A stretch of DNA of 64,000 nt from Christensenellales bacterium (GCA_051883555.1 JBJETY010000008.1:3885-67884), one strand, 5' to 3'. Positions 1 through 10,600 are shown, numbered from the stretch's first letter. The notes: generated by a model from the sequence alone, not told the origin. Program-made: numbers and translations.

Positions 1-2
1 TC

Positions 3-176
3 GACGGTGTGCCTAAAGAATTGTTTAAAGATACAGGCGTTTTGAAAACCGCCAAACTTGATTTGCCGCCTGTGGCGAAATTCAGAAATATGCTGATAGA
101 AAGAGGCGTAAAAGTAAGTGAAGACGTGTTGGAAGCGGACATTCTCGTGGAGGAGATATGGCAGTTATTGAAGTAA
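3..176 (+). CDS. ecfA1: ECF-transporter ATPase subunit EcfA1, C-terminal fragment (5' end lies outside the window)
   Basis: Frame 3 is open from the window edge to TAA at 174-176 (DGVPKELFKDTGVLKTAKLDLPPV...). It overlaps the next ATPase gene by 19 nt and sits in the conserved ecfA1-ecfA2-ecfT slot. Confidence 0.7.
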   Translation, partial: DGVPKELFKDTGVLKTAKLDLPPVAKFRNMLIERGVKVSEDVLEADILVEEIWQLLK

Positions 177-1027
177 AAAATTTAAGCTACGTTTACTCCA
201 AAAAGACGCCTTACGAAAAAAAAGCCGTTGATAACGTAAGTTTTGAAATCAACGAAGGAGAATTTTTCGGAATCGTCGGCGCGACGGGTAGCGGAAAGTC
301 TACTCTTATTTCCCATTTCAACGTTTTAAACAAACCGCAAACGGGAAGCGTCACCGTTCTCGGAATGGACTGCTCGAATAAAAAAAATTTCCTTGCCGTA
401 AGGTTCGGCGTGGGAATGGTTTTTCAATATCCCGAATATCAACTTTTTGAAGACACGGTGGCAAAGGACGTGGCGTTCGGACCTAAGAATATGAAGTTGC
501 CTAAGGAAGAAATCGAACGCAGAGTGAAGGAGTCGTTGGACCTTGTAGGTTTGCCGTATGAAGTTTACGGCGAGCGTTCCCCGTTCGAATTGTCGGGCGG
601 CGAAAAAAGGCGAGTGGCAATTGCAGGCGTAATTGCGATGGAACCGAAAATACTGGTACTTGACGAAGTTGCGGCAGGTCTTGACCCCGAAGGCAGAGAA
701 GGTATTTTATCTCTTATCAAAAAATTGCAAAAGGAAAAATGTCCTACCATAGTTTTGATTTCTCACAATATGGACGATATCGCCGCTTTGTCGGACAGAA
801 TTCTCGTTATGTCGAACGGAAAAGCCGAACTTCTCGATACGCCTAAAGAAGTGTTCAGAAACGTAAAAAAGATGACGGACTTAGGACTCGGATTGCCTAC
901 CGCAACCAGAATGCAGGTAGAGCTTGCCGCAAAAGGAATGAAATTCGACGACGTTTGCGTAACGTTTGAAGAACTTGCAAACCGGCTCAAAGAAATAAAG
1001 GAAAGGGGGAACGGCTATGTTTCGTGA
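158..1027 (+). CDS. ecfA2: ECF-transporter ATPase subunit EcfA2
   Basis: ABC ATPase motifs are present: Walker A GATGSGKST, signature LSGGEKRR, Walker B ILVLDE. A GGAGGAG SD lies just upstream of the ATG. Confidence 0.92.
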   Translation: MAVIEVKNLSYVYSKKTPYEKKAVDNVSFEINEGEFFGIVGATGSGKSTLISHFNVLNKPQTGSVTVLGMDCSNKKNFLAVRFGVGMVFQYPEYQLFEDTVAKDVAFGPKNMKLPKEEIERRVKESLDLVGLPYEVYGERSPFELSGGEKRRVAIAGVIAMEPKILVLDEVAAGLDPEGREGILSLIKKLQKEKCPTIVLISHNMDDIAALSDRILVMSNGKAELLDTPKEVFRNVKKMTDLGLGLPTATRMQVELAAKGMKFDDVCVTFEELANRLKEIKERGNGYVS

Positions 1028-1871
1028 TATTTCTTTCGGACAATATTATCCCGCGTCTTCTCCCGTGCACAGACTTGACCCGAGAATCAAACTTGTTCTT
1101 ACTGTTTTGTATATAGTCACGATATTTTTTATACAGACGTATTTCAGCTATCTCGTAACGTTTGTGTTTTTGGTGTTTATCATACTCTTGTCGAGAGTGC
1201 CTATGTTGTCGGTGTTAAAATCGATTAAGGGCGTAATCTTTTTGGTTGTGTTCGCTTCCGTCTTGAATCTCTTTTTCGTAAAAACGGGAGAGGTGATATA
1301 CGAAAAGCAGATAACGTCCGTATGGCATTTTATGATAACCTGGGACGGCGTTCATAACAGTATAAAACTTACTTTAAGACTCGTTCTTCTCATCGCCGGC
1401 GCTTCGATAATAACTTTGACGACGACTCCAATGAGTTTAACGGACGGCGTGGAAAGTCTTTTGAAACCTTTAAAGGTCGTCAGATTTCCCGTTCACGACG
1501 TGGCGATTATCATGAGCATTGCTTTGAGATTTATTCCTACCTTGCTCGAAGAGACGAACAAAATCATAAACGCACAAAAGGCAAGGGGAGCGTCGTTCGA
1601 TACGGGCGGAATTTTTAAAAGAGCAAAGGCAATGCTGCCGATTCTTATTCCGCTTTTCGTCAGTGCTTTCAGAAGAGCGGACGAGCTTGCGTTTGCGCTC
1701 GATTCACGTTGCTATAACGCAACGGAGAAAAGAACGAAAATGAAGAAACTGAAGATGCATTTCTCCGACCTTGTGGCAACCGTTATAACGGCTGGCTATG
1801 CAACTTTTATTTTCCTTGACAGATATTACTTTATGGGACTTGACCATATACTGTTTCCGGGGGTGTTTTAA
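1017..1871 (+). CDS. ecfT: ECF-transporter transmembrane subunit EcfT
   Basis: Multi-pass hydrophobic protein of the EcfT/CbiQ type (MFRDISFGQYYP...RLDPRIKL). Its start overlaps the ecfA2 stop, and it occupies the conserved position after the two ATPases. Confidence 0.9.
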   Translation: MFRDISFGQYYPASSPVHRLDPRIKLVLTVLYIVTIFFIQTYFSYLVTFVFLVFIILLSRVPMLSVLKSIKGVIFLVVFASVLNLFFVKTGEVIYEKQITSVWHFMITWDGVHNSIKLTLRLVLLIAGASIITLTTTPMSLTDGVESLLKPLKVVRFPVHDVAIIMSIALRFIPTLLEETNKIINAQKARGASFDTGGIFKRAKAMLPILIPLFVSAFRRADELAFALDSRCYNATEKRTKMKKLKMHFSDLVATVITAGYATFIFLDRYYFMGLDHILFPGVF

Positions 1872-2614
1872 TGCGGTTTAAACTTACTGTGGAATACGAC
1901 GGAACGAAATACCACGGTTGGCAAAAGCAGGAAAACGCATTGACCGTGCAGGAGACGCTCGAAAAGGCTTTGGCGAAACTCGGAATAAATGCGACGACTA
2001 CTGCAAGCGGACGAACGGACAGCGGCGTTCATGCAAAAGGTCAGGTAGTGCATTTTGACGGCGACGTAAAGATTCCGTGCGAAAGTTTGCCGCTTGCGAT
2101 AAATTCATATCTGCCTTCCGACGTTGCGGTCGTAAAATGCGAAAAGGCGGCGGACGATTTCAATGCAAGGTTCGACGCGAAAAGAAAAACTTACTGTTAC
2201 AGAATGTACGTTTCGAGGCTAAGACATCCGCTTTTGGAAAACAATCATTATCACGTAACGGGTAACATAGATTTGGAAAAAATGAAAAGCGCGGCGAAGG
2301 TCATCGAGGGCGAACACGATTTCAAGTGTTTCGAAGCGTCCGGGTCGACGGTAAGCGACACGGTAAGGACGATTTACGAAATTAAAATTAAAACGACAGA
2401 GCTTATCGATTGCCGTGAAATCGAAATTTACGTTACGGGCAACGGCTTTTTGTATAATATGGTGCGAATCATAGCGGGCACTCTTCTTTACGTCGGTCAG
2501 GGAAAGTTGTCCGTTGACGACGTGAAAAACATTCTGGAGAATAAGGACAGAACGGCGGCGGGGAAAACGCTTTCCGCAAAAGGACTGACTCTCGAAGAAG
2601 TGGTTTACGAATAA
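1871..2614 (+). CDS. truA: tRNA pseudouridine(38-40) synthase TruA
   Basis: N-terminus MRFKLTVEYDGTKYHGWQKQ and the catalytic-Asp motif GRTDSGVHA. TAATG overlap with ecfT. Confidence 0.95.
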   Translation: MRFKLTVEYDGTKYHGWQKQENALTVQETLEKALAKLGINATTTASGRTDSGVHAKGQVVHFDGDVKIPCESLPLAINSYLPSDVAVVKCEKAADDFNARFDAKRKTYCYRMYVSRLRHPLLENNHYHVTGNIDLEKMKSAAKVIEGEHDFKCFEASGSTVSDTVRTIYEIKIKTTELIDCREIEIYVTGNGFLYNMVRIIAGTLLYVGQGKLSVDDVKNILENKDRTAAGKTLSAKGLTLEEVVYE

Positions 2615-2626
2615 ACCGCTTTTTTA
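2600..2626 (+). terminator. Rho-independent terminator overlapping the truA stop
   Basis: Stem GTGGTTTA / TAAACCGC (one G-U pair), loop CGAA, followed by TTTTTT. Confidence 0.6.
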
Positions 2627-2846
2627 ATTTTTAAACTGGCCGTCGAAAAACTTCGGAAACGAAAATAATTTAAGTCTTGCTTATAAGTATAGACTTTGCT
2701 TATAAGACGCGACGGGATTAAAAGAACAAAACGCGTCGGGGTACAAAGAGAGTAAACGGCGTTGTTATTGCGCGTTATAATCGATATAAATATAATTTGA
2801 TAACTTTTAAAAAATTTAAAAAGTATCGAAAAGTTGTGCATTTTGC

Positions 2847-2875
2847 TTGACATAATTTTCAATTTTTCATATCAT
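2847..2875 (+). promoter_or_regulatory. Sigma-A type promoter for rplM-rpsI
   Basis: TTGACA (2847-2852), 17-nt spacer, TATCAT (2870-2875), about 90 nt upstream of rplM. Confidence 0.6.
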
Positions 2876-2964
2876 TATATGGCTAATTTGGTTACTATGC
2901 CGTGAGGACTAGCCCCCTGAATGGCATTGACTAATAAAACACATACCCATTCGGAGGTTACATC

Positions 2965-3432
2965 ATGAGTAAGGATTTGCAAGCTTTTGCAAAAAACAAT
3001 AAAACTTTTATGCCTACGGCAGAAACGGTTGAAAGAAAGTGGTATATCATCGATGCAACGGGTTTGGTTCTCGGTAGACTTGCTAGTCAAGTTGCGTCAA
3101 TTTTGAAGGGCAAGAATAAACCAACCTATACGCCGCACGTCGACACGGGCGACAACGTTATCGTGATAAACTGTGATAAAGTCGTTTTGACAGGCAAGAA
3201 GTTGGAGCAAAAATACTATCGCTATCATACCGGTTATATCGGCGGTTTAAAAGAAATTCAATATAAGAAACTTATGAACGAGAAGCCGGATTTTGCAGTT
3301 TATAGAGCAGTCAAAGGTATGCTTCCTAAAAACAGCCTTGGAGCACAAATGCTTAAAAAGCTTCGTGTTTATGTCGGTTCGGAACATAACCATCAGGCAC
3401 AACAGCCAATCGAGCTTAAAATCGAGGATTAA
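2965..3432 (+). CDS. rplM: 50S ribosomal protein L13
   Basis: The [19 protein letters not shown] hallmark is present, and a GGAGG SD lies 7 nt upstream of ATG 2965. An in-frame ATG at 3010 is an alternative start. Confidence 0.93.
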   Translation: MSKDLQAFAKNNKTFMPTAETVERKWYIIDATGLVLGRLASQVASILKGKNKPTYTPHVDTGDNVIVINCDKVVLTGKKLEQKYYRYHTGYIGGLKEIQYKKLMNEKPDFAVYRAVKGMLPKNSLGAQMLKKLRVYVGSEHNHQAQQPIELKIED

Positions 3433-3442
3433 GGAGTGAGTT

Positions 3443-3859
3443 ATGGCAACTAAAAAAGCAGTTAAAAAAGTTCAATATATCGGAACGGGCAGAAGAAAAT
3501 CTGCAATCGCCCGCGTCCGCCTTATTCCCGGCGGAGAAGGTCAGATTATAATCAACAAACGTTCTCTCGAAGAATATTTCCCGCTTGATACGACGAGACT
3601 TATCGTAAATCAACCGCTTGTAGCGACGGACACAAAAGATAAGTTCGACGTATACGTAAACGTTAAAGGCGGCGGAATCACAGGACAGGCAGGAGCTATC
3701 AGACACGGTATCGCAAGAGCTCTTTGCACTGTAGACAGCGCGGCATATCGTCCAACGCTTAAAAAAGCCGGCTTCCTTACGCGTGACCCTAGAGTCAAAG
3801 AAAGAAAGAAGTACGGACTTCACAAAGCGAGAAAAGCTCCGCAATTCAGCAAGAGATAA
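3443..3859 (+). CDS. rpsI: 30S ribosomal protein S9
   Basis: [14 protein letters not shown] near the N-terminus and a C-terminal ...[11 protein letters not shown]. Follows rplM as in the conserved operon. Confidence 0.96.
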   Translation: MATKKAVKKVQYIGTGRRKSAIARVRLIPGGEGQIIINKRSLEEYFPLDTTRLIVNQPLVATDTKDKFDVYVNVKGGGITGQAGAIRHGIARALCTVDSAAYRPTLKKAGFLTRDPRVKERKKYGLHKARKAPQFSKR

Positions 3860-3866
3860 TCGAATT

Positions 3867-3897
3867 AAAAAAACCGACTTTAAAGTCGGTTTTTTAT
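3867..3897 (+). terminator. Rho-independent terminator after rpsI
   Basis: A-tract, stem CCGACT / AGTCGG with loop TTAA, then TTTTTTATTT. Confidence 0.85.
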
Positions 3898-3959
3898 TTG
3901 TGAAATCGTAAGCGCCGATATGGCTTTCCGAAATTCGCAATGCGATTATTATAAAAACA

Positions 3960-3988
3960 TTGAAAAATTTATCCTTTTGCGTTACAAT
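3960..3988 (+). promoter_or_regulatory. Sigma-A type promoter (upstream candidate for ispD)
   Basis: TTGAAA (3960-3965), 17-nt spacer, TACAAT (3983-3988). Confidence 0.55.
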
Positions 3989-4070
3989 AAAAACACTTAA
4001 AGTATTTAACGTGTAAATACTTATAGAAGTTCGGGAAAATATTTGGATATAGTAGTTCGTCTTAGATATA

Positions 4071-4099
4071 TTGAACCTATATAAAGCAGAAAATAATAT
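4071..4099 (+). promoter_or_regulatory. Sigma-A type promoter for ispD, inside a 28-bp tandem duplication
   Basis: TTGAAC (4071-4076), 17-nt spacer, TAATAT (4094-4099). The duplicated copy (TTGGAC at 4099) lacks a good -10. Confidence 0.5.
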
Positions 4100-4137
4100 T
4101 GGACCTATATAAAGCAGAAGATAAGGGGTAACAAAAC

Positions 4138-4812
4138 ATGAGAAAAAAAGCGACGATTTACGGAGTATTGCTTGCGGCGGGGCAAGGGTCACGCTTCGGC
4201 AGACCAAAACAATTTATGCCGATTGACGGAAAACCGCTTCTTGCATACAGTCTCGAGGTTTTTCGCTCTGCCGTCGATTGTCTCGTGATTGTCGTCGACA
4301 AAAAACATGTTGCAGACGTAGAACCGTATTCGGGCAAAAATACTTTTGTCGTAGAAGGCGGAGACACAAGAGGTAAATCGCTTTTGAACGCTTTGGAATT
4401 TATAAAGGACAAGGGTGCCGAGTCGGATGATATAGTCGTGACGCACGACGCGGCAAGACCGTTTGTTACAAAAGAATTGATAGACAGGTCAATCGTTTTG
4501 GCGGAAGAATACGGCGCTTCTTCGGCCGGTATGAAAATTACGGATACGGTCGTTAAAGTCGATTATGCTTTCGACGTGATAGAGAGCGTAGACAGAAACA
4601 GCATTATGACCGTGCAGACGCCGCAAACGGTTAAATTCGGAATTATAGATAAATACAGCGAAGGCATTGAGCAGTTCACCGATTTATCTACCTTGCTGTT
4701 GTCCAAAGGACAGACCGTTAAAGTTTTCAACGGAAACAGCGACAATATGAAAGTCACTTATCCCGGTGATTTGAAAGAGGTAGAACGAATACTTGAAAAA
4801 ATCGGCGAATAA
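4138..4812 (+). CDS. ispD: 2-C-methyl-D-erythritol 4-phosphate cytidylyltransferase (IspD)
   Basis: N-terminal nucleotide-binding motif LLAAGQGSRFG..PKQF and a size typical of the family. AAGGGG SD upstream. Confidence 0.88.
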   Translation: MRKKATIYGVLLAAGQGSRFGRPKQFMPIDGKPLLAYSLEVFRSAVDCLVIVVDKKHVADVEPYSGKNTFVVEGGDTRGKSLLNALEFIKDKGAESDDIVVTHDAARPFVTKELIDRSIVLAEEYGASSAGMKITDTVVKVDYAFDVIESVDRNSIMTVQTPQTVKFGIIDKYSEGIEQFTDLSTLLLSKGQTVKVFNGNSDNMKVTYPGDLKEVERILEKIGE

Positions 4813-5058
4813 CATAAGGCGAATAGCATAAATTGTAACATCATACAAACTTAAATTGTAACGCGCGACGGATTTTAATTTGAGTTTTGTTTTAAAGTGT
4901 AAGCCGTGAAAGGTTGAACGATAGCGGCAAGTCAAAAGGTAAGTAGGTATTAAGGCGGCAGATTTTACGGCGAAACGTAGAGCCGATAGGCTGTAAAAGG
5001 CAAAGGATACGTAAATATAATTAAGCAAAAAGGAATAGACTTAAAAGGAATAGACGAT

Positions 5059-5907
5059 ATGTTCAGAATCAAAGACGATATATTGGTTTCGTATTACGGC
5101 GATGAAAAGGAAATCGTGGTGCCGTTCGGAATCAGAGAAATAAGAGAATATGCTTTTTTGGATTGCGTGCAGATTGAAGAAATCAATTTGCCCGATTCGG
5201 TTGAAATAGTTGAGGCGAGGGCGTTTTACGGTTGCAAAAATCTCAGAACGGTCGACGTGCAACGAGCCGTTCTTCCGTTGGGATTCGACGACAAATGGCT
5301 TGAGGGAACAAAAGCTACGTTTACGCTTATTGAACAGTCTGCCTACGACGGAGATATTCCTGACGGAATAGAAATCGAAAACGATTCGATAGTCGGTTAT
5401 AGCGGAACGGCAAGCGAACTTACGATTCCCGACGGTATTGGCAGTATAGGCGATAAAGCGTTTTTTGGATGCAAAACTTTAAGGAAGGTTGTTATCAGCG
5501 ACGGCGTAACGTCAATAGGGAAAAGAGCATTCGCCCATTGCGACGGACTTGAAACGGTCGTAATGTCCGACAGCGTTAAAAAAATCGACGATAGCGCGTT
5601 CGAAGAGTGCAGAAATCTTAAAAACATTGTTTTGTCGAAAGGACTTAAAAAGATTGGAAAAAACGCATTCCTTTATTGCGTAAGCCTCGATAAAATAGTA
5701 ATTCCCGACAAGGTTACCACAATCGGAGTGAGCGCATTCGGCGGATGCAACGTAAAAAGGATAACCATTCCTGCAAGCGTAACGGAGATAGGAGAAAGTG
5801 CGTTCTGGAATTGTCCGCTCGATATCAGAAAAGTCGAAGGAAACAATTTTCATTTCCAAGGCGGCGCTTTGTATGATAGAAACGGCAAGATCATATGGAA
5901 GAAATAA
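5059..5907 (+). CDS. BspA-type leucine-rich-repeat (LRR_5-like) protein with no signal peptide
   Basis: Repeated ~23-aa units of the form I.IPDSV..IG..AF..C..L. The N-terminus has no hydrophobic leader. Confidence 0.75.
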   Translation: MFRIKDDILVSYYGDEKEIVVPFGIREIREYAFLDCVQIEEINLPDSVEIVEARAFYGCKNLRTVDVQRAVLPLGFDDKWLEGTKATFTLIEQSAYDGDIPDGIEIENDSIVGYSGTASELTIPDGIGSIGDKAFFGCKTLRKVVISDGVTSIGKRAFAHCDGLETVVMSDSVKKIDDSAFEECRNLKNIVLSKGLKKIGKNAFLYCVSLDKIVIPDKVTTIGVSAFGGCNVKRITIPASVTEIGESAFWNCPLDIRKVEGNNFHFQGGALYDRNGKIIWKK

Positions 5908-6020
5908 CCTGTTTAATTTAAGACGAAAGTTTTTGATAAAAGAGGCAGTCTTTGAAAAAATGTAAAAATTTACGTTTTGCCGATATTGGAATTTGACTTA
6001 TATGAAAACAACTTAAACGA

Positions 6021-6057
6021 AAACGGCGTTTTGCTTTTTTGCAAGACGCCGTTTTAA
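6021..6057 (+). terminator. Candidate terminator downstream of the LRR gene
   Basis: Stem AAACGGCGT / ACGCCGTTT around a TTGC-TTTTTT-GCAA loop. The trailing T-run is short. Confidence 0.5.
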
Positions 6058-6374
6058 ATTCGAATAGCAAACGTAATTGAAGCGGAACGTGAGCAAGTAT
6101 AATTATTAGGTTAAAAACAGTTAGGCGTTGAAGATTTTTCCCGGTCGGTAGGCGGTTAAGTTTATTTCTATTTTTACTATATTGCAAAATTGTAAACTTT
6201 TAGGCGCTGTATCTACGCTTTTAAATGCTTCGCGTTTTAACGCTCGAATTGCAAAGGCAAATTTTCAGTCGGAATAATTGTTTTAACGGTTTAAGGTCAA
6301 TAGCCTGAAATATGAAGCAAATTGAGGGGCATAAATTATAAATTTTATTTCATTTGTATACGGTTGACCCGGAT

Positions 6375-6400
6375 AAATTAAAAGAGTCCGCTTAGGACTC
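6375..6400 (-). terminator. Weak candidate terminator after ispF
   Basis: On the minus strand GAGTCC-TAAGC-GGACTC is followed by TTTTAATTT, about 64 nt after the ispF stop. The stem is only 6 bp. Confidence 0.4.
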
Positions 6401-6463
6401 CGTAACGCTGAAAGCGACGTTTGCACAAAAAGAAATTTGTCTTGATTTGTTCGTCGATTTTCT

Positions 6464-6991
6464 TCAGTCGTTTTGTGCTTTTACAAGCGTTACCGCCGCA
6501 AAACTTGCTATTGCGTCTCCGCCGCCGATATCGCCTACGCCTTCGTTTGTAGTTGCCGATATGCCGATTTTCGATTTATCGATTTTCGTAACGCTCGATA
6601 GTCTTTCTTTAAACTCATCGATATAAGGCGATAGAACGGGCGTTTCGGCAATAATGGAAATCGAAACGTTGTTTAATTTATAGCCTTTCGTTTTTGCTAT
6701 GTTTAATACTTCCAGAAGCAGGGCGCAACTGTCCGCCTTTTTATAACGGTCGTCGTTTGTCGGGAAAAAGTGTCCTATGTCGTTTTCGCCGAGAGCGGAG
6801 AGAACGGCGTCCATAACTGCGTGAACGGGAACGTCGCCGTCCGAATGGGCAATAAAGCTTTTTTGCGACGGAATTTTTACTCCGCACAAAATTATTCCCT
6901 CGCCGTCGGTGAGACGATGGATATCATAACCGACGCCCGTCAGTATCGAGTCGGTAGGTTTTGATTTTACTCTTTCCATTCTTATTTTCAT
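6464..6991 (-). CDS. ispF: 2-C-methyl-D-erythritol 2,4-cyclodiphosphate synthase (IspF)
   Basis: GVGYDIHRL and HSDGDVPVHA metal-binding motifs. The start is uncertain (ATG at 6991 or 6979) and neither has a clear SD. Confidence 0.9.
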   Translation of the reverse strand: MKIRMERVKSKPTDSILTGVGYDIHRLTDGEGIILCGVKIPSQKSFIAHSDGDVPVHAVMDAVLSALGENDIGHFFPTNDDRYKKADSCALLLEVLNIAKTKGYKLNNVSISIIAETPVLSPYIDEFKERLSSVTKIDKSKIGISATTNEGVGDIGGGDAIASFAAVTLVKAQND

Positions 6992-7172
6992 AACTTAATC
7001 AGACGTACCTTTGATTATATTGGGTGACGAGTTTTAGCAAAATACGAGCATTTGTTTTCAAATAAGTTTTCGTTAAGTTAATGCCGTATCGATTTAAAAC
7101 GATTTATCGTCGGTTGCGACTCTGCCGAAGTTTGAAAAGCTGTCAAGCGATTTGACGGAAAATTTTTAAAAA

Positions 7173-7415
7173 TTATTGTATAATTTCGTATAATTCCGTC
7201 GGGTTTTTGTTTCCGAGTTTTTCGTCCGTAGAAAGCACTTTAAACGTAAGTCCTTTATCTCCGAAAGCCACTTTTACCACGTCGCCGACCTTAATTTCCT
7301 TGGAAGGTTTGGCGGTTTTACCGTTAATTTCTATTCTGTTGCCGTCGCAGGCTTCTTGCGCAACCGTTCTGCGCTTAATTATGCGTGAAACCTTTAAAAA
7401 CTTGTCTATTCTCAT
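7173..7415 (-). CDS. rqcP: S4-domain RNA-binding protein (YabO/RqcP/Hsp15-like)
   Basis: MRIDKFLKVSRIIKRRTVAQEACDGNRIEINGKTAKPS... matches my recollection of B. subtilis YabO/RqcP. The longer ORF reaching 7532 runs through the rpoB promoter region, so I call the internal ATG at 7415. Confidence 0.7.
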   Translation of the reverse strand: MRIDKFLKVSRIIKRRTVAQEACDGNRIEINGKTAKPSKEIKVGDVVKVAFGDKGLTFKVLSTDEKLGNKNPTELYEIIQ

Positions 7416-7481
7416 ATTGAGCGAAAAAATCTCCTTAAAAATAAAAAATTCAAACATTTTAAAGAAATTGCCTAAAAATGC

Positions 7482-7510
7482 TTGACTATTGAAATTGTTA
7501 TTAGTACAAT
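7482..7510 (+). promoter_or_regulatory. Sigma-A type promoter for rpoB-rpoC
   Basis: TTGACT (7482-7487), 17-nt spacer, TACAAT (7505-7510). This implies a leader of about 140 nt. Confidence 0.65.
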
Positions 7511-7658
7511 TAAAAACTGCCTTATAATACAATTATTCTGCCCCATAGTACACTTTGGGGTTTGGGGTTTTTGTCGTTAAAAGTAGTATAAAATAACGAA
7601 ACACAAAAAACAAGAGTTTTTTTAAAATTGTTCGCAAAAATTTTTCAAGGAGCGTAAT

Positions 7659-10600
7659 ATGTCTCAAAAAATTCACAAGGAAAAATACGGAAATACCGAA
7701 AGAATGACGTTTTCTACAATTAAAAACGTACTCGATATACCGTATCTTATTGCAGTGCAAAAGGATTCCTACAACAGCTTTAAAGACGAAGGTATAAGCG
7801 AAGTCTTTAAAGACTATTCTCCAATCAACGACTTCGCAGGAAGAATGAAGTTGGAGTTTTTAGGTCATTCCCTCGAAGGCGAACCGAAATACACTATCAA
7901 AGAGTGTAAAGATCGCGACGCCACCTACGCCGTTCCGCTTAAAGTCAAAGCAAGACTTACTAACAACGAAACGGGCGAAGTTATCGAACAGGAAGTATTT
8001 ATGGGCGATTTCCCGCTCATGACCGAATCGGGTTCCTTTATTATTAACGGTGCAGAGCGTGTTATCGTCAGCCAGATTGTAAGAAGCCCGGGTGTTTACG
8101 GACTTGAATCTAAAGATAAAAACGGCGTAACGAGATTCGGCACACAGGTTATTCCTAGCCGTGGCGCTTGGCTCGAATTCGAGCAAGACGCAAGCGACGT
8201 TTCGTGGGTTAAGGTTGACAGAACCAGACGTATTACGACAACGACTTTGCTCAGAGCTTTGGGCATCGGTACCGACGAAGAGTTGAGAAATCTTTTCGAC
8301 GGCGACGATATGATTGAAAACACCATTGCAAAAGACGGAAACTGCAAGAGCGTTGAACAGGGCAAACTCGATTTGTTCAAGAGGCTGCGTCCGGGCGAAG
8401 TCCCTACGATGGACGGTGCGGAAGCATTGCTCCGCAATACTTTCTTCGATTATAAGAAGTATGAAATGTCAAGAGTAGGTCGTTATAAATATAACGAAAA
8501 ACTTTCGATTGCAAACCGCATCGAAGGCAGAGTGCTTGCCGAAGATATAATTTCTCCGATAACGGGCGAAGTTTTGGCTACGGCAGGTGAAACCGTTTCG
8601 GAAGAAAAGGCAAAAGAAATTCAGAACAACGCAGTCAACGTTGCTTTCGTTCGACTTGCAGACGGTTCAAGATTTAAAGTTATAGGCAACAATACGGTTG
8701 ACCTTGACGCTTTTGTGGATTGTAAGCCTCGTGAAATAAAAATCATGGAAAAGGTTTATTATCCTGAACTTAAAAAGATTCTCGATGCCTATTCCAAAAA
8801 CGACGAGAGAGTCGCCGCCTGCAAAGCAAGCGCGGATATTCTCGTGTCAAAGCATATAACGACGGACGATATAATTTCTATCGTCAGCTATAATCTCGGT
8901 CTCAGAAAGGGACTCGGAAAGGGCGACGATATCGACCATTTGTCGAACAGACGTATAAAAGCCGTCGGCGAACTTTTGCAGAATCAATTCAGAATAGGTA
9001 TTTCGAGACTTGAAAGAGTTATCAAAGAAAAGATGAGCACAACGCAGGAAAATGTTGAGATTACTCCGCAGACGCTTATCAATATCAGACCTATTACGGC
9101 GGCAATTAAAGAATTCTTCGGTTCTTCTCAGTTATCGCAATTTATGGATCAGCCGAACCCTATTGCAGAACTTACTCACAAGAGAAAGTTGTCGGCATTG
9201 GGCCCTGGCGGTCTTAACAGAGAAAGAGCTACTTTCGACGTCCGTGACGTTCACCACTCTCATTACGGAAGAATGTGTCCTATCGAAACCCCTGAAGGTC
9301 AGAACATAGGTCTTATCACTTCCTTGTCGACTTTTGCTAAAATCAACGAATACGGATTTATCGAAACTCCGTATAGAAGAATAGAAAAAGTCCTTGACGA
9401 AAACGGAAAAGTAGTTGACGTTTACGTAACGGACGAAGTCAGATATATGACTGCCGATATCGAAGATAAATATACGATTGCTCAGGCAAACGAAGAGTTG
9501 ACGGAAGACGGACACTTTGTCAGAGAAAGAGTTATGTGCCGTATCCAGAACGATATCCGCGAAGTTCCTAACACGGAAGCCGATTATATGGACGTATCGC
9601 CGAAACAGCTTATATCCATAGCAACCGCTCTTATTCCGTTCCTTGAAAACGACGATACCAACCGTGCTCTTATGGGCTCTAACATGCAGCGTCAGGCAGT
9701 TCCTCTTCTTCGCCCTGAAGCACCTATGATTGCTACCGGCGTCGAACATAAAATCGCTTACGACAGCGGCGTTATGAAAACGGCAAAACACGACGGCGTG
9801 GTTAAATACGTCGATTCGGATAAAATCGAAGTTCTCACAAAAGACGGAAGTATCGACACTTACGAGTTGTCGAAATTCCAAAGAAGCAACCAGTCAACGT
9901 GCATCAATCAGAAACCGATAATAAATACGGGCGATAAAGTTGAAGCCGAAGTTAAGGACGCAAACGGCAATATCGTAAAAGAAGCTACGATTTTAGCAGA
10001 CGGTCCTGCAACTCAGAACGGCGAACTTGCTCTCGGAAGAAATATTCTCATCGGCTTCATGTCGTGGGAAGGTTATAACTACGAAGACGCTATTCTTATT
10101 AACGAAGACCTTGTCCGCGACGACGTATTCACTTCTATCCACATCGAAGAATACGAAACGGAATCGAGAGACACAAAACTCGGCGAAGAACTTATAACGA
10201 GAGATATTCCTAACCTCAGCGACGACGCCCTTAAAAATCTTGACGAAGACGGTATCGTCAGAATAGGCGCCGAAGTTAAACCGGGCGATATACTCGTCGG
10301 TAAAGTAACGCCGAAGGGCGAAACGGAACTCACGCCTGAAGAAAGACTTTTAAGAGCTATTTTCGGTGAAAAGGCAAGAGAAGTCAGAGATACTTCTTTG
10401 CGCGTACCTAACGGCGAAGCAGGTATCGTTGTCGACGTAAAGATATTTACCAGAAAGAACAGAGACGAACTTGCACCGGGCGTAAACAAACAGGTCAGAG
10501 TTTACATAGCTCAGAAGAGAAAAATCTCCGTCGGCGATAAAATGGCTGGACGTCACGGAAACAAGGGCGTTATCTCCCGCGTTCTTCCTAAAGAAGATAT

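Noticed and set aside
2876-2964. L13 (rplM) leader RNA motif
   Set aside because: A ~90-nt leader exists, but I cannot verify the Rfam L13-leader fold by eye. It is left unannotated.
3416-4207. 263-aa minus-strand ORF spanning rpsI, the intergenic region and the ispD start
   Set aside because: It runs antisense to rpsI and across a terminator and two promoters. Its product has no recognisable features, so it is spurious.
4138-6991. A split bifunctional ispDF or an unusual MEP-pathway arrangement as a finding
   Set aside because: Separate ispD and ispF genes are common, and the intervening LRR gene is simply an insertion between convergent units. Nothing further is supported by the sequence.
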